Source: Pseudomonadota bacterium
GTDB taxonomy: Bacteria > Desulfobacterota > Desulfobulbia > Desulfobulbales > CALZHT01
Direction: 5' to 3'
Assembly (NCBI GenBank): GCA_018823135.1
Contig: JAHJJF010000070.1
Location: 8,990 to 72,989, forward strand
DNA length: 64,000 nt
Part shown: in pieces, positions 48,052 through 58,032 of the stretch
Position numbering within the stretch: position 1 is the stretch's first letter
Layout: each line of letters begins with the position of its first letter
Translations under genes and position numbers: made by a program
Notes under the pieces: model-generated
What the model saw: only the letters and a program-made list of their open reading frames with translations
Databases searched by the model: none
What the model was told of the DNA's origin: nothing

Positions 48052-48134
48052 TTCCTGGCCTGAGACGGTTGATACAGATATTTTTCCCAAAACTGGTATT
48101 ATGCGTCATCACACTGAAAATCCCTCACCTTATT

Positions 48135-49034
48135 ATGGGTAATTTTTTAACCAACACAATGCAATTTTCTATAATTATCCCTGTTTATAATGCAGGAAAG
48201 ACCCTTGCTGATCTGCTCACTTCACTCAAGAATCAGACTTTCAGCGGTTTATTTGAGATAATACTTATTGATGATTGTTCAACCGATGACAGTGTTTCTA
48301 TCGTAAAACAATTCGATGTGACGATTATCGAATCGCCAAAAAACCAGGGACCTGCGGTGTGCAGAAATGTCGGCGCACAAAGGGCTACCGGTGAAATTCT
48401 TGTATTTACCGACAGTGATTGCCGGGTGGACGCCAGCTGGCTTGATACAATAAGAAAAAGATTTGAGAAAGGGGAGACCGAAGCCGTAATGGGCAGACTT
48501 GTCCTGCCCTCTTCAACGTATCTGGGCGATTCGATCTCCGCACTGGGGTTCCCGGCCGGTGGATTGGTGGGCTATGAGAAAATCTGGCCGGTGGATCAAA
48601 ATGGCTACACTGAAAGCTTAAGCACGTGTAATTGTGCAATGTCGAGGGAGGTGTTTCATGAAGCCGGCGGCTTTGACGAGACCTTCCCGTATCCGGGTGG
48701 TGAAGATACTTTACTGGCCTATAGCTTGCGTAAATCCGGACACCGGATACAATATTGTCCGGAAATTATTGTGCATCACGCCCCCAGGACCAGTTTCATG
48801 GGTTTTCTCCGCTGGCAGTATCGCCGCGGGGTGAGCAGTTATCTGTTTTCTACAAAGGTGACGCAGCGTCGCGATTTTGTTAAACTCCGAATATGGTCAA
48901 TTAAAAATATTCTTCATATGTATAAAACTGACAAGAAAATTCCATTGATTATGATACTTCTTTTTACCGGATATTGTTCGCAGATACTGGGCTATATGCT
49001 GACCAAAATTAATCCTCCCGCTTTAAAGGTTTAG
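48135..49034 (+). CDS. GT2 glycosyltransferase
   Basis: FSIIIPVYNAGKTLADLL, LIDDCSTDDS, FTDSDC and a C-terminal TM segment. The start is ambiguous (48135 or 48159); the track ORF starts at 48069 with TTG. Confidence 0.85.
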   Translation: MGNFLTNTMQFSIIIPVYNAGKTLADLLTSLKNQTFSGLFEIILIDDCSTDDSVSIVKQFDVTIIESPKNQGPAVCRNVGAQRATGEILVFTDSDCRVDASWLDTIRKRFEKGETEAVMGRLVLPSSTYLGDSISALGFPAGGLVGYEKIWPVDQNGYTESLSTCNCAMSREVFHEAGGFDETFPYPGGEDTLLAYSLRKSGHRIQYCPEIIVHHAPRTSFMGFLRWQYRRGVSSYLFSTKVTQRRDFVKLRIWSIKNILHMYKTDKKIPLIMILLFTGYCSQILGYMLTKINPPALKV

Positions 49035-49042
49035 AGAAATAT

Positions 49043-50470
49043 ATGCGCGTACTCATCATAAATCCACCGTGGCCGGGGAAAGGGTTCGGCACCCGATCCC
49101 AGAACAGGATTATCAAGCATCGAAGTGATAAATTCCTGCAATACCCGATATTTTTAGGCTATAGCGCGGCGCAGTTGAAAGCTGCCGGGCATGAAGTAAC
49201 CTATATCGATTCGGTAATTCAGGATTATGATCTGCCCCAGACTCTTGAACATGCCAGGGTTGCAAAGCCTGACGCGATTTTCATGGAAACAACCACTCCG
49301 TCCATCGAAGCTGATTATGAAAATCTCAAGGCCTTAAAGGATGCCACCGGGGCGGTGATCATTGTCGGCGGCCCCCATGCCACATATTTCCATAAAGAAG
49401 TGATTGAGGAATGTGCGGCAATCGATGTGGTTATCCGCCATGAATTCGACACCAAAATCGCTGCAGTGGTTTCCAATCTTGTTGATTTGAGTGAGGTTAA
49501 GGGAATTACTTTCCGGCGTGGCAGTGAAGTTGTCGATAACGGCGACGGTGAAGTTTGCCAGAAACTTGATGAAATCCCCTTTCCCGATAGAGAGACCGTG
49601 CCCTGGCACTGGTATGTGGAGGCCTGGTTCACCAGACAGCCTTTCATGAATATGATGACTTCCAGAGGCTGTCCGTTCCATTGCGCGTTCTGTCTCTGGC
49701 CGCAAGCCATGTACGGTCATAAGCAACGCTTTCGGAGCATCGATAATGTCATGGCCGAGATTCATCACCTGGTGGACAGCTACGGTCTTAAGGAAATCAA
49801 TATCGACGATGGCACTTTCACCACCAACAAGAAAAGGGTCATTGAGTTCTGCCAGAGGCTCAGGAAGGAAAAAATAGACATCATCTGGACCTGCAACGGC
49901 CGGGTTGACACCCTGGATGACGAGATGCTTGCCGAGATGAAGGCAAGTGGTTGCCGGATGATTCGACTCGGGGTTGAAAGCGGTTCTCAGGAGGTCCTGG
50001 ACAAGATCAAGAAGGGATTGACCCTCAAGCAGATTGAAGAAGGGGTCGCCATGGTGAAAAAACACGGGATTCAGGCCCTGGGTGGGTTCATGTTCGGCTT
50101 CCCGTATGATACCCGGGAAACCGTGGAGCAGACCATTGCCTTTGCCAAAAAACTCTCCCCGGATCAGGTGCAGTTTTCCATCAATATGAGCTATCCCGGC
50201 ACTTCGCTTTATGAATATGCCAAAGAAAACGATCTGATCCTTGCCAAGAGCTTTAATGAATTCGATATGACCCACGGACCGGTGGTTAAAACCATGGACA
50301 TGGATCGCGAGGAACTTCAGCACATCCTTGCCCGCGTTTATCGGGAATTTTATTTCCGGCCCGGCTATATTCTCCAGACCCTGAAGCATATCAATAATCT
50401 TGACGAAATCCGGCGGGTCTTCCGATCCCTGAAGAGTCTGCTTAAAACCATCAAGCTACATACGGAATAA
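49043..50470 (+). CDS. B12-binding-domain radical SAM protein
   Basis: 475 aa. The N-terminal Rossmann-like B12 domain contains MRVLIINPPW...VIIVGGPHAT. The radical SAM cluster motif is SRGCPFHCAFC (CxxxCxxC). Confidence 0.88.
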   Translation: MRVLIINPPWPGKGFGTRSQNRIIKHRSDKFLQYPIFLGYSAAQLKAAGHEVTYIDSVIQDYDLPQTLEHARVAKPDAIFMETTTPSIEADYENLKALKDATGAVIIVGGPHATYFHKEVIEECAAIDVVIRHEFDTKIAAVVSNLVDLSEVKGITFRRGSEVVDNGDGEVCQKLDEIPFPDRETVPWHWYVEAWFTRQPFMNMMTSRGCPFHCAFCLWPQAMYGHKQRFRSIDNVMAEIHHLVDSYGLKEINIDDGTFTTNKKRVIEFCQRLRKEKIDIIWTCNGRVDTLDDEMLAEMKASGCRMIRLGVESGSQEVLDKIKKGLTLKQIEEGVAMVKKHGIQALGGFMFGFPYDTRETVEQTIAFAKKLSPDQVQFSINMSYPGTSLYEYAKENDLILAKSFNEFDMTHGPVVKTMDMDREELQHILARVYREFYFRPGYILQTLKHINNLDEIRRVFRSLKSLLKTIKLHTE

Positions 50471-50474
50471 TCCA

Positions 50475-51161
50475 ATGTTGCTCCCCCATCAAAGCATACC
50501 CGGAAAACCTTTGCGAAAAGCACTGATTATTTTCGGGGTGCTTCCGGTTTTCTGCCTCATCCTGGTTTTTCTTCTGCCGGGAGTCTTTCTTCCCCCGATT
50601 GCCAATTTTCTGATAGCCGATGAAAAACCCGTGCATGCCGACGCGGTGGTTGTGCTCAGCACCGGCATGGAATATTTCTCGCGCCTGATGGAGGCGGCAG
50701 AACTCTATAACAGCGGCTATGCGGATAAGGTTGTCATTAACGGCAACCGGAAAAACGCTGAAATACGGAAACTTGAGGACCTGGGATTTGATCCCTGCTG
50801 CGAATGGCAGGAGGAGCCTCTGCGGATCCTCGAGGTTCTGGGAGTGTCACGTGGCGCGGTTATCGCGATCAGCGCGGAAGACGTTTATGATACGGTGAGT
50901 GAGGCTAAGGCTGTGGGCAATGAACTTATTGCTTCCGGGTGCAAAAGTCTCATTATTACAACCAGCAAGACCCATACCCGCCGCGCTTTGCATATCTGGA
51001 AAGATGAATTTTCAGATATATTTGAACTCCAGAGTGTTGCCGCCAGGCACGATCCTTTTTCTGCGCAGAAATGGTGGAAAGAGGGCAGACAGACCAGGTG
51101 GATTCTCTATGAGTACGGATCCTGGTGTTTTTATTACTGGCAAAAGATCACCGGCAAATGA
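50475..51161 (+). CDS. DUF218 (YdcF/ElyC-like) domain protein
   Basis: An N-terminal TM segment is followed by ADAVVVLSTG, KVVINGN, DTVSEAKAV and IITTSKTHTRRAL. Confidence 0.75.
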   Translation: MLLPHQSIPGKPLRKALIIFGVLPVFCLILVFLLPGVFLPPIANFLIADEKPVHADAVVVLSTGMEYFSRLMEAAELYNSGYADKVVINGNRKNAEIRKLEDLGFDPCCEWQEEPLRILEVLGVSRGAVIAISAEDVYDTVSEAKAVGNELIASGCKSLIITTSKTHTRRALHIWKDEFSDIFELQSVAARHDPFSAQKWWKEGRQTRWILYEYGSWCFYYWQKITGK

Positions 51162-52252
51162 AAATCCTCCATGTAATTTATGATGATCTGCAGAATCCCT
51201 GGTGTGGCGGGGGAGGGGCGCTGCGGGCTGCAAGAATCAATCAAAGACTTGCTGCCGAACATGAAATTACGGTGATTACCGGTAATTTCCCCGGCGCTGA
51301 AAATGAAACAATTAATAACATACGTTATGTGCGGATCGGCAGTTCCTGTTCGTATTTATTGAGCCGCATGAGTTTCTCCTTTCTCTGTCCGATTGTGTTA
51401 AGGAAATATTCCCCTGACATTGTTGTTCAGGATGCTTCCTTCTTTTCGCCATCCTATGCCAACCTGTTTGTCCGTGCCCCTCATGTAACCATTGTCCATC
51501 ATTTGATGGATTCCCATGCCTTGCGCCTTGTTTTTCCCTTTGGTTTCATCCCCTATCTGTTTGAAAAAAGTATCCTCAAAACGTCGAGAAATATTCTTAC
51601 TCCTTCCCTGGCGCTAAGGGGAAAAATTACGGAACGGTATTCTGAAAAAACGGTGATGAATATTCCTAACGGCGTGGACGACATTTATTTTAATCTTGTT
51701 CCTGAAGAGGAAAACTACATGCTTTTTCTCGGCAGAATAGACATGTACATGAAAGGCCTGGATATATTGCTTCAGGCTTTCTCAGAGATCAATGATAGGC
51801 ACGTCAGGCTGAAGATCGCCGGCAGCGGCAAGGCCCGCGACAAGAAAAAACTAAAAAGTCTGATAACGGATTTGAAACTGGATGATCGGATAGATCTTCT
51901 TGGAAGGGTGGGTGAAGACCGGAAATTGGAGTTGTTGAGGAAGGCGATGTTTCTGGTCATGCCGTCCCGCTTTGAAGGCTGGGGGATAACCGCGGTGGAA
52001 GCAAATGCCGCAGGCAAAGCGGTAATCGGCACCCTGATTGACGGCCTGTCTGAGGCTGTGGTGGACGCCGAGACCGCAATGCTTGTTGAGCCAGGCAATG
52101 CAGAGGAGTTGAAACGAGCTATTGAAGAGTTACTTGCTGATAAACAGAGAAGAATCCAATTGGGAGAGAAAGGCAGGGAACATGCAAGACAGTTTATTTG
52201 GGATGAGATAGCTGCACAACAGATGGCATATTATGAAGCAATCAGACTATAG
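51158..52252 (+). CDS. GT4 glycosyltransferase
   Basis: The start MKILHVIYD overlaps the upstream stop (ATGA). The C-terminal motif SRFEGWGITAVEANAAGKAVI is the GT4 EX7E motif. Confidence 0.88.
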   Translation: MKILHVIYDDLQNPWCGGGGALRAARINQRLAAEHEITVITGNFPGAENETINNIRYVRIGSSCSYLLSRMSFSFLCPIVLRKYSPDIVVQDASFFSPSYANLFVRAPHVTIVHHLMDSHALRLVFPFGFIPYLFEKSILKTSRNILTPSLALRGKITERYSEKTVMNIPNGVDDIYFNLVPEEENYMLFLGRIDMYMKGLDILLQAFSEINDRHVRLKIAGSGKARDKKKLKSLITDLKLDDRIDLLGRVGEDRKLELLRKAMFLVMPSRFEGWGITAVEANAAGKAVIGTLIDGLSEAVVDAETAMLVEPGNAEELKRAIEELLADKQRRIQLGEKGREHARQFIWDEIAAQQMAYYEAIRL

Positions 52253-52266
52253 CCATATGTGCCACT

Positions 52267-53022
52267 TTATTTCTTTATTAAAATCCAGATATTAGTGGGG
52301 ACGATAAGGAACAGAAGTATAGATGGAATGAAGTCCACCAGGGATTTAAGAAAACTTGAGGAGAATTCCTGTTTTAATCGTGTCCGTCTTTTATCGACAA
52401 CCTGATATGTGGATTCAGGGAAATGTTTTCTTAAAGTTTTATAGGTGAATCCTGTATGATATTTTTCCGTGTTTGACATAAAATCTTTCTTAAATTTTTT
52501 AAAATTATTCACGAAAAACCGCTTAATAAATGGCCTGTCAAAAGTTCCATCAGCTTTTTTAGCTACGATAAAGGGTGAAAAAGGGTTTGGTACATTTATG
52601 TAGATTATGCCTTTTGGGCGACAAAATTTCTCTATAGATTTTAGTACAACGGGATAATCATTTATATGTTCCAATACTTGATGTGCCATTATAAAGTCAA
52701 AATTTTCCTCCGGAAATTCTAATTCAGTAGCAGAAATAAATTTTTTAATTAATGCTGGTTGATCGAAAGACTCCAGGGCTCCTTTATCAAAGTCAGTGCA
52801 ATGAAATTCAACATCCGGAAGTAGTTTTGTTTTGATCTCTGATTCAATCAAGCAGTAGCTGGCACCAATTGATAATGCTTTGTTTATTTTTCTAGACAAT
52901 AAGTCATCTTTGATGATGCCAATAATTTCTGAACTTTTTGTTTCCTGTCTGTGTTTGATCAGTTGTAGGCTAGCAGGTGGTTGAAATTGCTTCTTTGCCC
53001 TTTCAAAATCAAAATTATCCAT
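52267..53022 (-). CDS. Class I SAM-dependent methyltransferase
   Basis: 251 aa with FDFIMAHQVLEHIND and a C-terminal TM-like tail. Confidence 0.75.
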   Translation of the reverse strand: MDNFDFERAKKQFQPPASLQLIKHRQETKSSEIIGIIKDDLLSRKINKALSIGASYCLIESEIKTKLLPDVEFHCTDFDKGALESFDQPALIKKFISATELEFPEENFDFIMAHQVLEHINDYPVVLKSIEKFCRPKGIIYINVPNPFSPFIVAKKADGTFDRPFIKRFFVNNFKKFKKDFMSNTEKYHTGFTYKTLRKHFPESTYQVVDKRRTRLKQEFSSSFLKSLVDFIPSILLFLIVPTNIWILIKK

Positions 53023-53153
53023 TTTTTTGCCCCTGAGGAATATAATTACTCATTTTTTTATAAAATTGTGTCCCTTCTAGTGCCGTAAACAGGCAGCCCT
53101 GAGGGCGGAATTTTATACACTTTTTTGTTTTTTACAGACGTCCATATTCATCA

Positions 53154-53981
53154 TTAAAAAGTTGAATATAATCGTCGCCAGACAGATCTGATATGGGCTT
53201 TGAAATGCACAGCCACCCAGATCCATGAAAACGGCAGGCCAAGTTTTTTTCTGGCCCGAGCTACTTCATTGTGGGTTTCGATGCTGCGGCTATCGGCGAC
53301 TCCGCCAATCCGGCAGACAACGGTTAATACCGTATCAACAAACATGGCTTTTCCATCTTTCAGTTCCCGTAGCAAGAGGTCATAATCACCGGCTATTCTG
53401 AAAGACTCGTCAAAAAGACCACGGGTTTCAAAAATACTTTTATGGTGCATTAATCCTGGATGCGGGATGGGCATTCCGTGTCGCATCAACCAGCCCACCT
53501 TGTCCCAGGGTTTTCCTTCAACCCTGATAATAATACCTTTATGGTCAACTTTCGTGACTTTGCCATAAACAGCGTTTATCCCTTGAGTCTCAGCCCGCTG
53601 AAGATGAGGCGCAAGGCTTGTAAGAACATTTTCATCATGAAAAAAATCATCGGCCCCAAGGAAACAAACCCAATCACCTTTTGCATGTTTCAGGGCTTTA
53701 TTCCAGGCATGGTAAATACCGCGATCCGGCTTTGATTCCCAGTAGTTGATATCATGATCAAGTTTTTTGATAATTTTCAAACTAAGGTCTGTTGATCCGC
53801 CGTCTATTACTATGACTTCTTTGTGAGTATACGTTTGAGAAATTATGCTTTCAATGCATTGTTGTAGAAATTGTGAGTTGTTTAACGTTGCAACGATTAT
53901 TGAAATAAAGGGAGAAGGAGTGTTTTCTGCGAGGGAATCAACCGAGTTGCCAATAATATTTTTTGATCTTTTCATTTCCAC
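53154..53981 (-). CDS. GT2 glycosyltransferase
   Basis: ISIIVATLNNSQFLQQCIESIISQTY..VIVIDGGSTD and FLGADD. Confidence 0.85.
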   Translation of the reverse strand: MEMKRSKNIIGNSVDSLAENTPSPFISIIVATLNNSQFLQQCIESIISQTYTHKEVIVIDGGSTDLSLKIIKKLDHDINYWESKPDRGIYHAWNKALKHAKGDWVCFLGADDFFHDENVLTSLAPHLQRAETQGINAVYGKVTKVDHKGIIIRVEGKPWDKVGWLMRHGMPIPHPGLMHHKSIFETRGLFDESFRIAGDYDLLLRELKDGKAMFVDTVLTVVCRIGGVADSRSIETHNEVARARKKLGLPFSWIWVAVHFKAHIRSVWRRLYSTF

Positions 53982-54126
53982 AACTATTCCTGATCATATG
54001 AAATGTTGTCATAATGATCTCCGAAGATTAAAAGCTGATTAACAGCCAATAATGGGAACAAGTATTTTATTTTCAACCCCAAAAGTCCCTTTCAGGCATT
54101 GAGTCAAGGAATGCAACCGATATATT

Positions 54127-55230
54127 TCATCGGAAAGAGGATGAAATTGTTTTTTTAAATATAGCGGCAAAAAATTTTGGTGAAAAGGATTTGATCATAT
54201 TTACAGTTATACCGTGTCGCTGGTAGTATGATTTAATTAGAGTAATAACCCTTCGAAATTCACCATGACGCACAAATCTAAAAAAAAGGACTAAAAAGGC
54301 ATAATAATTAAAAAGGATCAATTCATTAAACTGTAATCTAGCCGAGTTAAATCCTTCGCAAACAACCGAGTTAACACATTCAATCAGTTTATCTTCACTG
54401 CAGTTCGCTATTTCTATAATAGAATCAATTGGTAAATCCCAATAGTTGTGGTCATAGATAAATGAAGCAAAACAAAATGTAAATGGATTTATAATTTGGA
54501 TCATGGGCAGCGGTTTTGCCCAATCAGAAGTACAGATCCAGGAAATACCACTAGAGCATCCCACCAATAAAGTACAATATTTTGTTAATTCGGCATTTTC
54601 TCGAAACGAAAGGACACTTCCATCAATGATGCGCTTATCCTTTGAATCGATAGGGATGTTTGATGATAATATTACGCATGCATTGGGGATTTCTGAAATG
54701 AGTTTTCGGGCTACATTTAATGAAAAAATCGGCGAAACAAGTGATTGGTCACTTTTAGGAGCGCACTCAAATAAAATCACATATGATTTTTTTTCAAGGT
54801 TGTGTGATTGCGCGAATTTCCGAACATTCTCTATCTCGTTTAAAGATAGTACCAATACTGGAGTTATTGGGACGGTGATTGGCCTTGGGTATGCTCTGAA
54901 AATTGAGGACCTTACAGTCCCATCGAAGTTTTGGGGGTTGCCGGGACGAATTTGAGTCAAAAAAACTTCATCAAATGCACCTTTTTTTTGCATAGCTAAA
55001 GCTTCTTTTTCAAATTGTCTCCATGCATTATCTACTTCATCACGATTATTAATTTGAACCACCCATACTTCATCAACATGAGGATTGCCATCCAGGATTG
55101 AAACACAGAGAGAACTTATTGCCCAGGTCAGATGACATCCAGGATAGTCGGTTTTGATTTGCCGAGCAATAGCCGTAGCATAGAGACAATCACCATTGGC
55201 GTGTAATTGCCCGAGAAGTATTTTTTTCAT
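54127..55230 (-). CDS. GT9-like (heptosyltransferase-family-like) glycosyltransferase
   Basis: MKKILLGQLHANGDCLYATAIARQIKTDYPGCHLTWAIS...GNPHVDEVW parallels the GT9 N-terminus (..lGDvl..tP....lk..yP.a.i..l). The later segment LLVGCSSGISWICTS parallels the GT9 ..DsGpmHlAaA region. The match is judged by eye only. Confidence 0.55.
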   Translation of the reverse strand: MKKILLGQLHANGDCLYATAIARQIKTDYPGCHLTWAISSLCVSILDGNPHVDEVWVVQINNRDEVDNAWRQFEKEALAMQKKGAFDEVFLTQIRPGNPQNFDGTVRSSIFRAYPRPITVPITPVLVLSLNEIENVRKFAQSHNLEKKSYVILFECAPKSDQSLVSPIFSLNVARKLISEIPNACVILSSNIPIDSKDKRIIDGSVLSFRENAELTKYCTLLVGCSSGISWICTSDWAKPLPMIQIINPFTFCFASFIYDHNYWDLPIDSIIEIANCSEDKLIECVNSVVCEGFNSARLQFNELILFNYYAFLVLFFRFVRHGEFRRVITLIKSYYQRHGITVNMIKSFSPKFFAAIFKKTISSSFR

Positions 55231-55300
55231 AATTTCTGACTAATAAATTGACTAGGAATTGTCAGGCTGAAGGGGAGATATGTTTTATGTTTAAGTCCAT

Positions 55301-56188
55301 TCATGAAAAATTTTGAGTTGTTTCATTTAGCATCATTTTAGCTAATTCTGGTAATTTCACAGATGGAGACCAACCAAGTTCGTTGATAGTCGCAGGATTT
55401 GATACAAGGCGCTTATATTCAGGAATAAAATTCGCACGTTGCCTGACATATTTGCGCCAATCTTTATCAATGAGTTTAAAGCACAACTCCAGCCATTGTT
55501 CAATTGAATAAGCCTCTCCTGAACCTATTGTGGCCTCAAAAATCGCGTCTTGTTCAACCAGGGTGAAAATACCTTTTGCTATGTCGCCGGCAAATGTCCA
55601 CTCTTTTTCAACAGTAATATCACCCAGCTCTATGATCTCATTAGCCCCTTGGGAAATACGTTTTGCCAGGGTCGTTAGCATTTTACTTACATGGGTTGAT
55701 TTACGCAGTGGACTTTCATGATGAAAGAGATAGCCGACATATGCACGGACTCCCAACGAACGATAGTATCTTGCCGCATATACAGATTGGATCCGGGCCA
55801 CCGAATAAGGGCTGCTTGCCTCAAATGCATCATTTTCTGAAATAGGTTTACCGGTGTTTTTAAACTGAACACCGCTGCCGGTAATAAACACTTTCGTGTC
55901 CGGTGAATGCCGTTTAACTGCCTCAAGGACATTCAGTGTCCCGGTGGAGATTGTTGCATGATTTTCAAACAGAGCATCATGACGGGTTGTTGAGTTGGCT
56001 GCGAGATGGAAAACATAAGCCGGCAGGTGTTTTTTGATTAGACGTTCAACGAGTTCATAACAGGAAATATCCCCTTGAATCCAATTTCCTGATCGTGAAA
56101 CTCCAATTGGTTCAATACCTTTAAGTTTACAAAGTTCATTCAGATAATGACCATCCTGACTGTTGGCTCCGAAAATTATGGCGTTCAT
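55301..56188 (-). CDS. GMD/Rmd-like extended SDR (NDP-sugar dehydratase/reductase family) with atypical active site
   Basis: IIFGANSQDGHYL (compare GxxGQDGSYL of GDP-mannose dehydratase) and FHHESPLR (compare FNHESPRRG). However, YSVAR replaces YxxxK, and GSGV replaces the T/S-S-E of GMD in my by-eye alignment. Confidence 0.8.
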   Translation of the reverse strand: MNAIIFGANSQDGHYLNELCKLKGIEPIGVSRSGNWIQGDISCYELVERLIKKHLPAYVFHLAANSTTRHDALFENHATISTGTLNVLEAVKRHSPDTKVFITGSGVQFKNTGKPISENDAFEASSPYSVARIQSVYAARYYRSLGVRAYVGYLFHHESPLRKSTHVSKMLTTLAKRISQGANEIIELGDITVEKEWTFAGDIAKGIFTLVEQDAIFEATIGSGEAYSIEQWLELCFKLIDKDWRKYVRQRANFIPEYKRLVSNPATINELGWSPSVKLPELAKMMLNETTQNFS

Positions 56189-56239
56189 TTGTTATCCTGA
56201 ACCAGAAGAAATCGAACAAATAGCAGTGCGGGAAATCAT

Positions 56240-57502
56240 CTAGCTAGTTTTTATGATCTCAATTTTAGGTAAAGGAAAGATTAAACCAATACCCTTTGCA
56301 AGAGTTTCCCTTTCGCGTTCAACAAACTCCTCTTTGAAATGCCAGGGCAGAACCAGATAATAGTCGGGGGCCATGGCACGAGATTCTTTCTCACTGACTA
56401 TTGGTATATCAGTGCCTAGGGTGAAAGCGCCGAATTTGTCAGGATTACGCTCTGCAGCACAATCAATGATTCGTTGGTCAATTCCGCACCACTGGAGAAT
56501 TGTATTGCCCTTTGTAGATGCGCCATAAATATGGATCTTTTTACCTTCCTGCTTTAATTTATTAAGTAAGGATTTCAATTCATCACGATGAACATTGATA
56601 CGATCCTGGAAATTTTTGTAAGGTTTATCCGTATCCAGTTCCATGTCAAATTCTTGCTGGCGCATTTGCTTGATATTGTGGATGAACGCCTCGTTCTTGT
56701 ATGTGAAGTTATTAACATGTGTGGCAAAACACCGAACGCTTCCCCCATTAATTGAATTAAGGGAGACATTGAAAATTTTCATCCCGGCCTGTTTCAGAAT
56801 GTATTCGATCACCGCCAGACTGTAGTATTCAAGATGTTCGTGACAAATGGTATCGTATGAAGTCATTTTCAGCATGAGTGGCATGTAGGACATTTCAAAA
56901 ATCCAGACACCTGCCGGTGCTAAAACATCTTTAATACCTTTGGTAAATGCAATAGGATCCTCGAGGTCATAAAACATGGCAATTGAGGTGATGATATCCA
57001 GCTTGTTTCCTTGCAGCCGGCTTTTGAGTTCCTCGGAAGGGAATACATCCTGTATCACAGTAATATTTCCTTTTATTTCCTGCGCAACATCAGAGGGGTC
57101 CACACCATATTTTTCAAACTCATCCGGGTAATATTGCAAAAGGGTCCCGTCATTACAGCCGATATCAAGGACCCGCGAAGCAGTTTCGGAAGAAGTCTCC
57201 ATAGCCTCCTCCACTAATTCACGTAAATGTCGACGCATGGTGTTGTTTGTTCCGGATCGATACCAGTAGGCAGAATAAAGTACCTCCGGGGGGACAGTAT
57301 GCTCCATTTGCAGGAGGCCACAGGCCCGCTCATCTTTTGTTGGGTCGCATCTCAGGAGGGTTAAGGGGATTTTGCGTTTTGGTGGTTCTTCTTTGCCCGG
57401 CTTGACAAAAGAACCCTGTAAGTGTTGTTCGCCCAGGTGGATCACCTTGGTGAGGGCATGAGAGCCACAAACCCGGCAAGTTTTTCTATGAGATAAATGC
57501 AT
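56240..57502 (-). CDS. NDP-sugar C-methyltransferase (Zn-ribbon + SAM MTase + C-methyltransferase C-terminal domain)
   Basis: N-terminal CRVCGS, central VLDIGCNDGT, and the C-terminal IYGASTKGNTILQWCGI...AERNPDKFGAFTLGTDIPIVS..PDYYLVLPWHF. This is typical of the TylCIII-type family. Confidence 0.8.
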   Translation of the reverse strand: MHLSHRKTCRVCGSHALTKVIHLGEQHLQGSFVKPGKEEPPKRKIPLTLLRCDPTKDERACGLLQMEHTVPPEVLYSAYWYRSGTNNTMRRHLRELVEEAMETSSETASRVLDIGCNDGTLLQYYPDEFEKYGVDPSDVAQEIKGNITVIQDVFPSEELKSRLQGNKLDIITSIAMFYDLEDPIAFTKGIKDVLAPAGVWIFEMSYMPLMLKMTSYDTICHEHLEYYSLAVIEYILKQAGMKIFNVSLNSINGGSVRCFATHVNNFTYKNEAFIHNIKQMRQQEFDMELDTDKPYKNFQDRINVHRDELKSLLNKLKQEGKKIHIYGASTKGNTILQWCGIDQRIIDCAAERNPDKFGAFTLGTDIPIVSEKESRAMAPDYYLVLPWHFKEEFVERERETLAKGIGLIFPLPKIEIIKTS

Positions 57503-57530
57503 ATAGATGTCTCCAATAAAATTAGCTGAA

Positions 57531-57974
57531 TCACTTCTTCTGGATTATATCAGAAAATTGCATGTTAATCCGATCAATACAGTTGTTCCGCTCAAGGTTC
57601 AGCAAAGCAAGATTTTTGACCACCGTATTTTTTTGTTCTGACGGCACCTTTTCAAACTCATAAACTTTTTCCTGCTCATGCCATAAGTTGCAGTTTATTT
57701 CAGCCAGTCGGGAAAAGACTTCGCCAAACGATCCTTGGATATCGGCGACAGCATTTCCTTCTTTCCGGTAGATTTTATTCGAGGCAAAGACTAAATGCTC
57801 CAGCGGAATATTTCCACTGACGGCAGCGGCAATGAATCCGTCAATTTCAGATTGCAGTTGTTTTTTCTGCACATCCAGGCTTTGGAGTACAGAACTCTGT
57901 TCTGTATGAAATTGTTTAAGTTTGACAACAGTCAACTTGTCACATAACGACCCAAGGGTTTCAGCCATAAACAT
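57531..57974 (-). CDS. Hypothetical helical protein (possibly DUF4254-related)
   Basis: 147-aa ORF. LCDKLTVVKLKQFH, NLWHEQEKVY and LERNNCIDRIN are reminiscent of DUF4254 motifs, but I cannot confirm this. Confidence 0.5.
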   Translation of the reverse strand: MFMAETLGSLCDKLTVVKLKQFHTEQSSVLQSLDVQKKQLQSEIDGFIAAAVSGNIPLEHLVFASNKIYRKEGNAVADIQGSFGEVFSRLAEINCNLWHEQEKVYEFEKVPSEQKNTVVKNLALLNLERNNCIDRINMQFSDIIQKK

Positions 57975-58032
57975 TCTCCGTATTAATAGTGCACAATTTG
58001 TCAGATTTGTTTTTGGATTGAAAGGGCAGGAC

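Noticed and set aside
49334-50389. 351-aa ORF antisense to the radical SAM gene
   Set aside because: It lies entirely inside, and opposite to, a gene with clear B12/rSAM motifs. Its sequence has no recognisable motifs. This is a typical shadow ORF.
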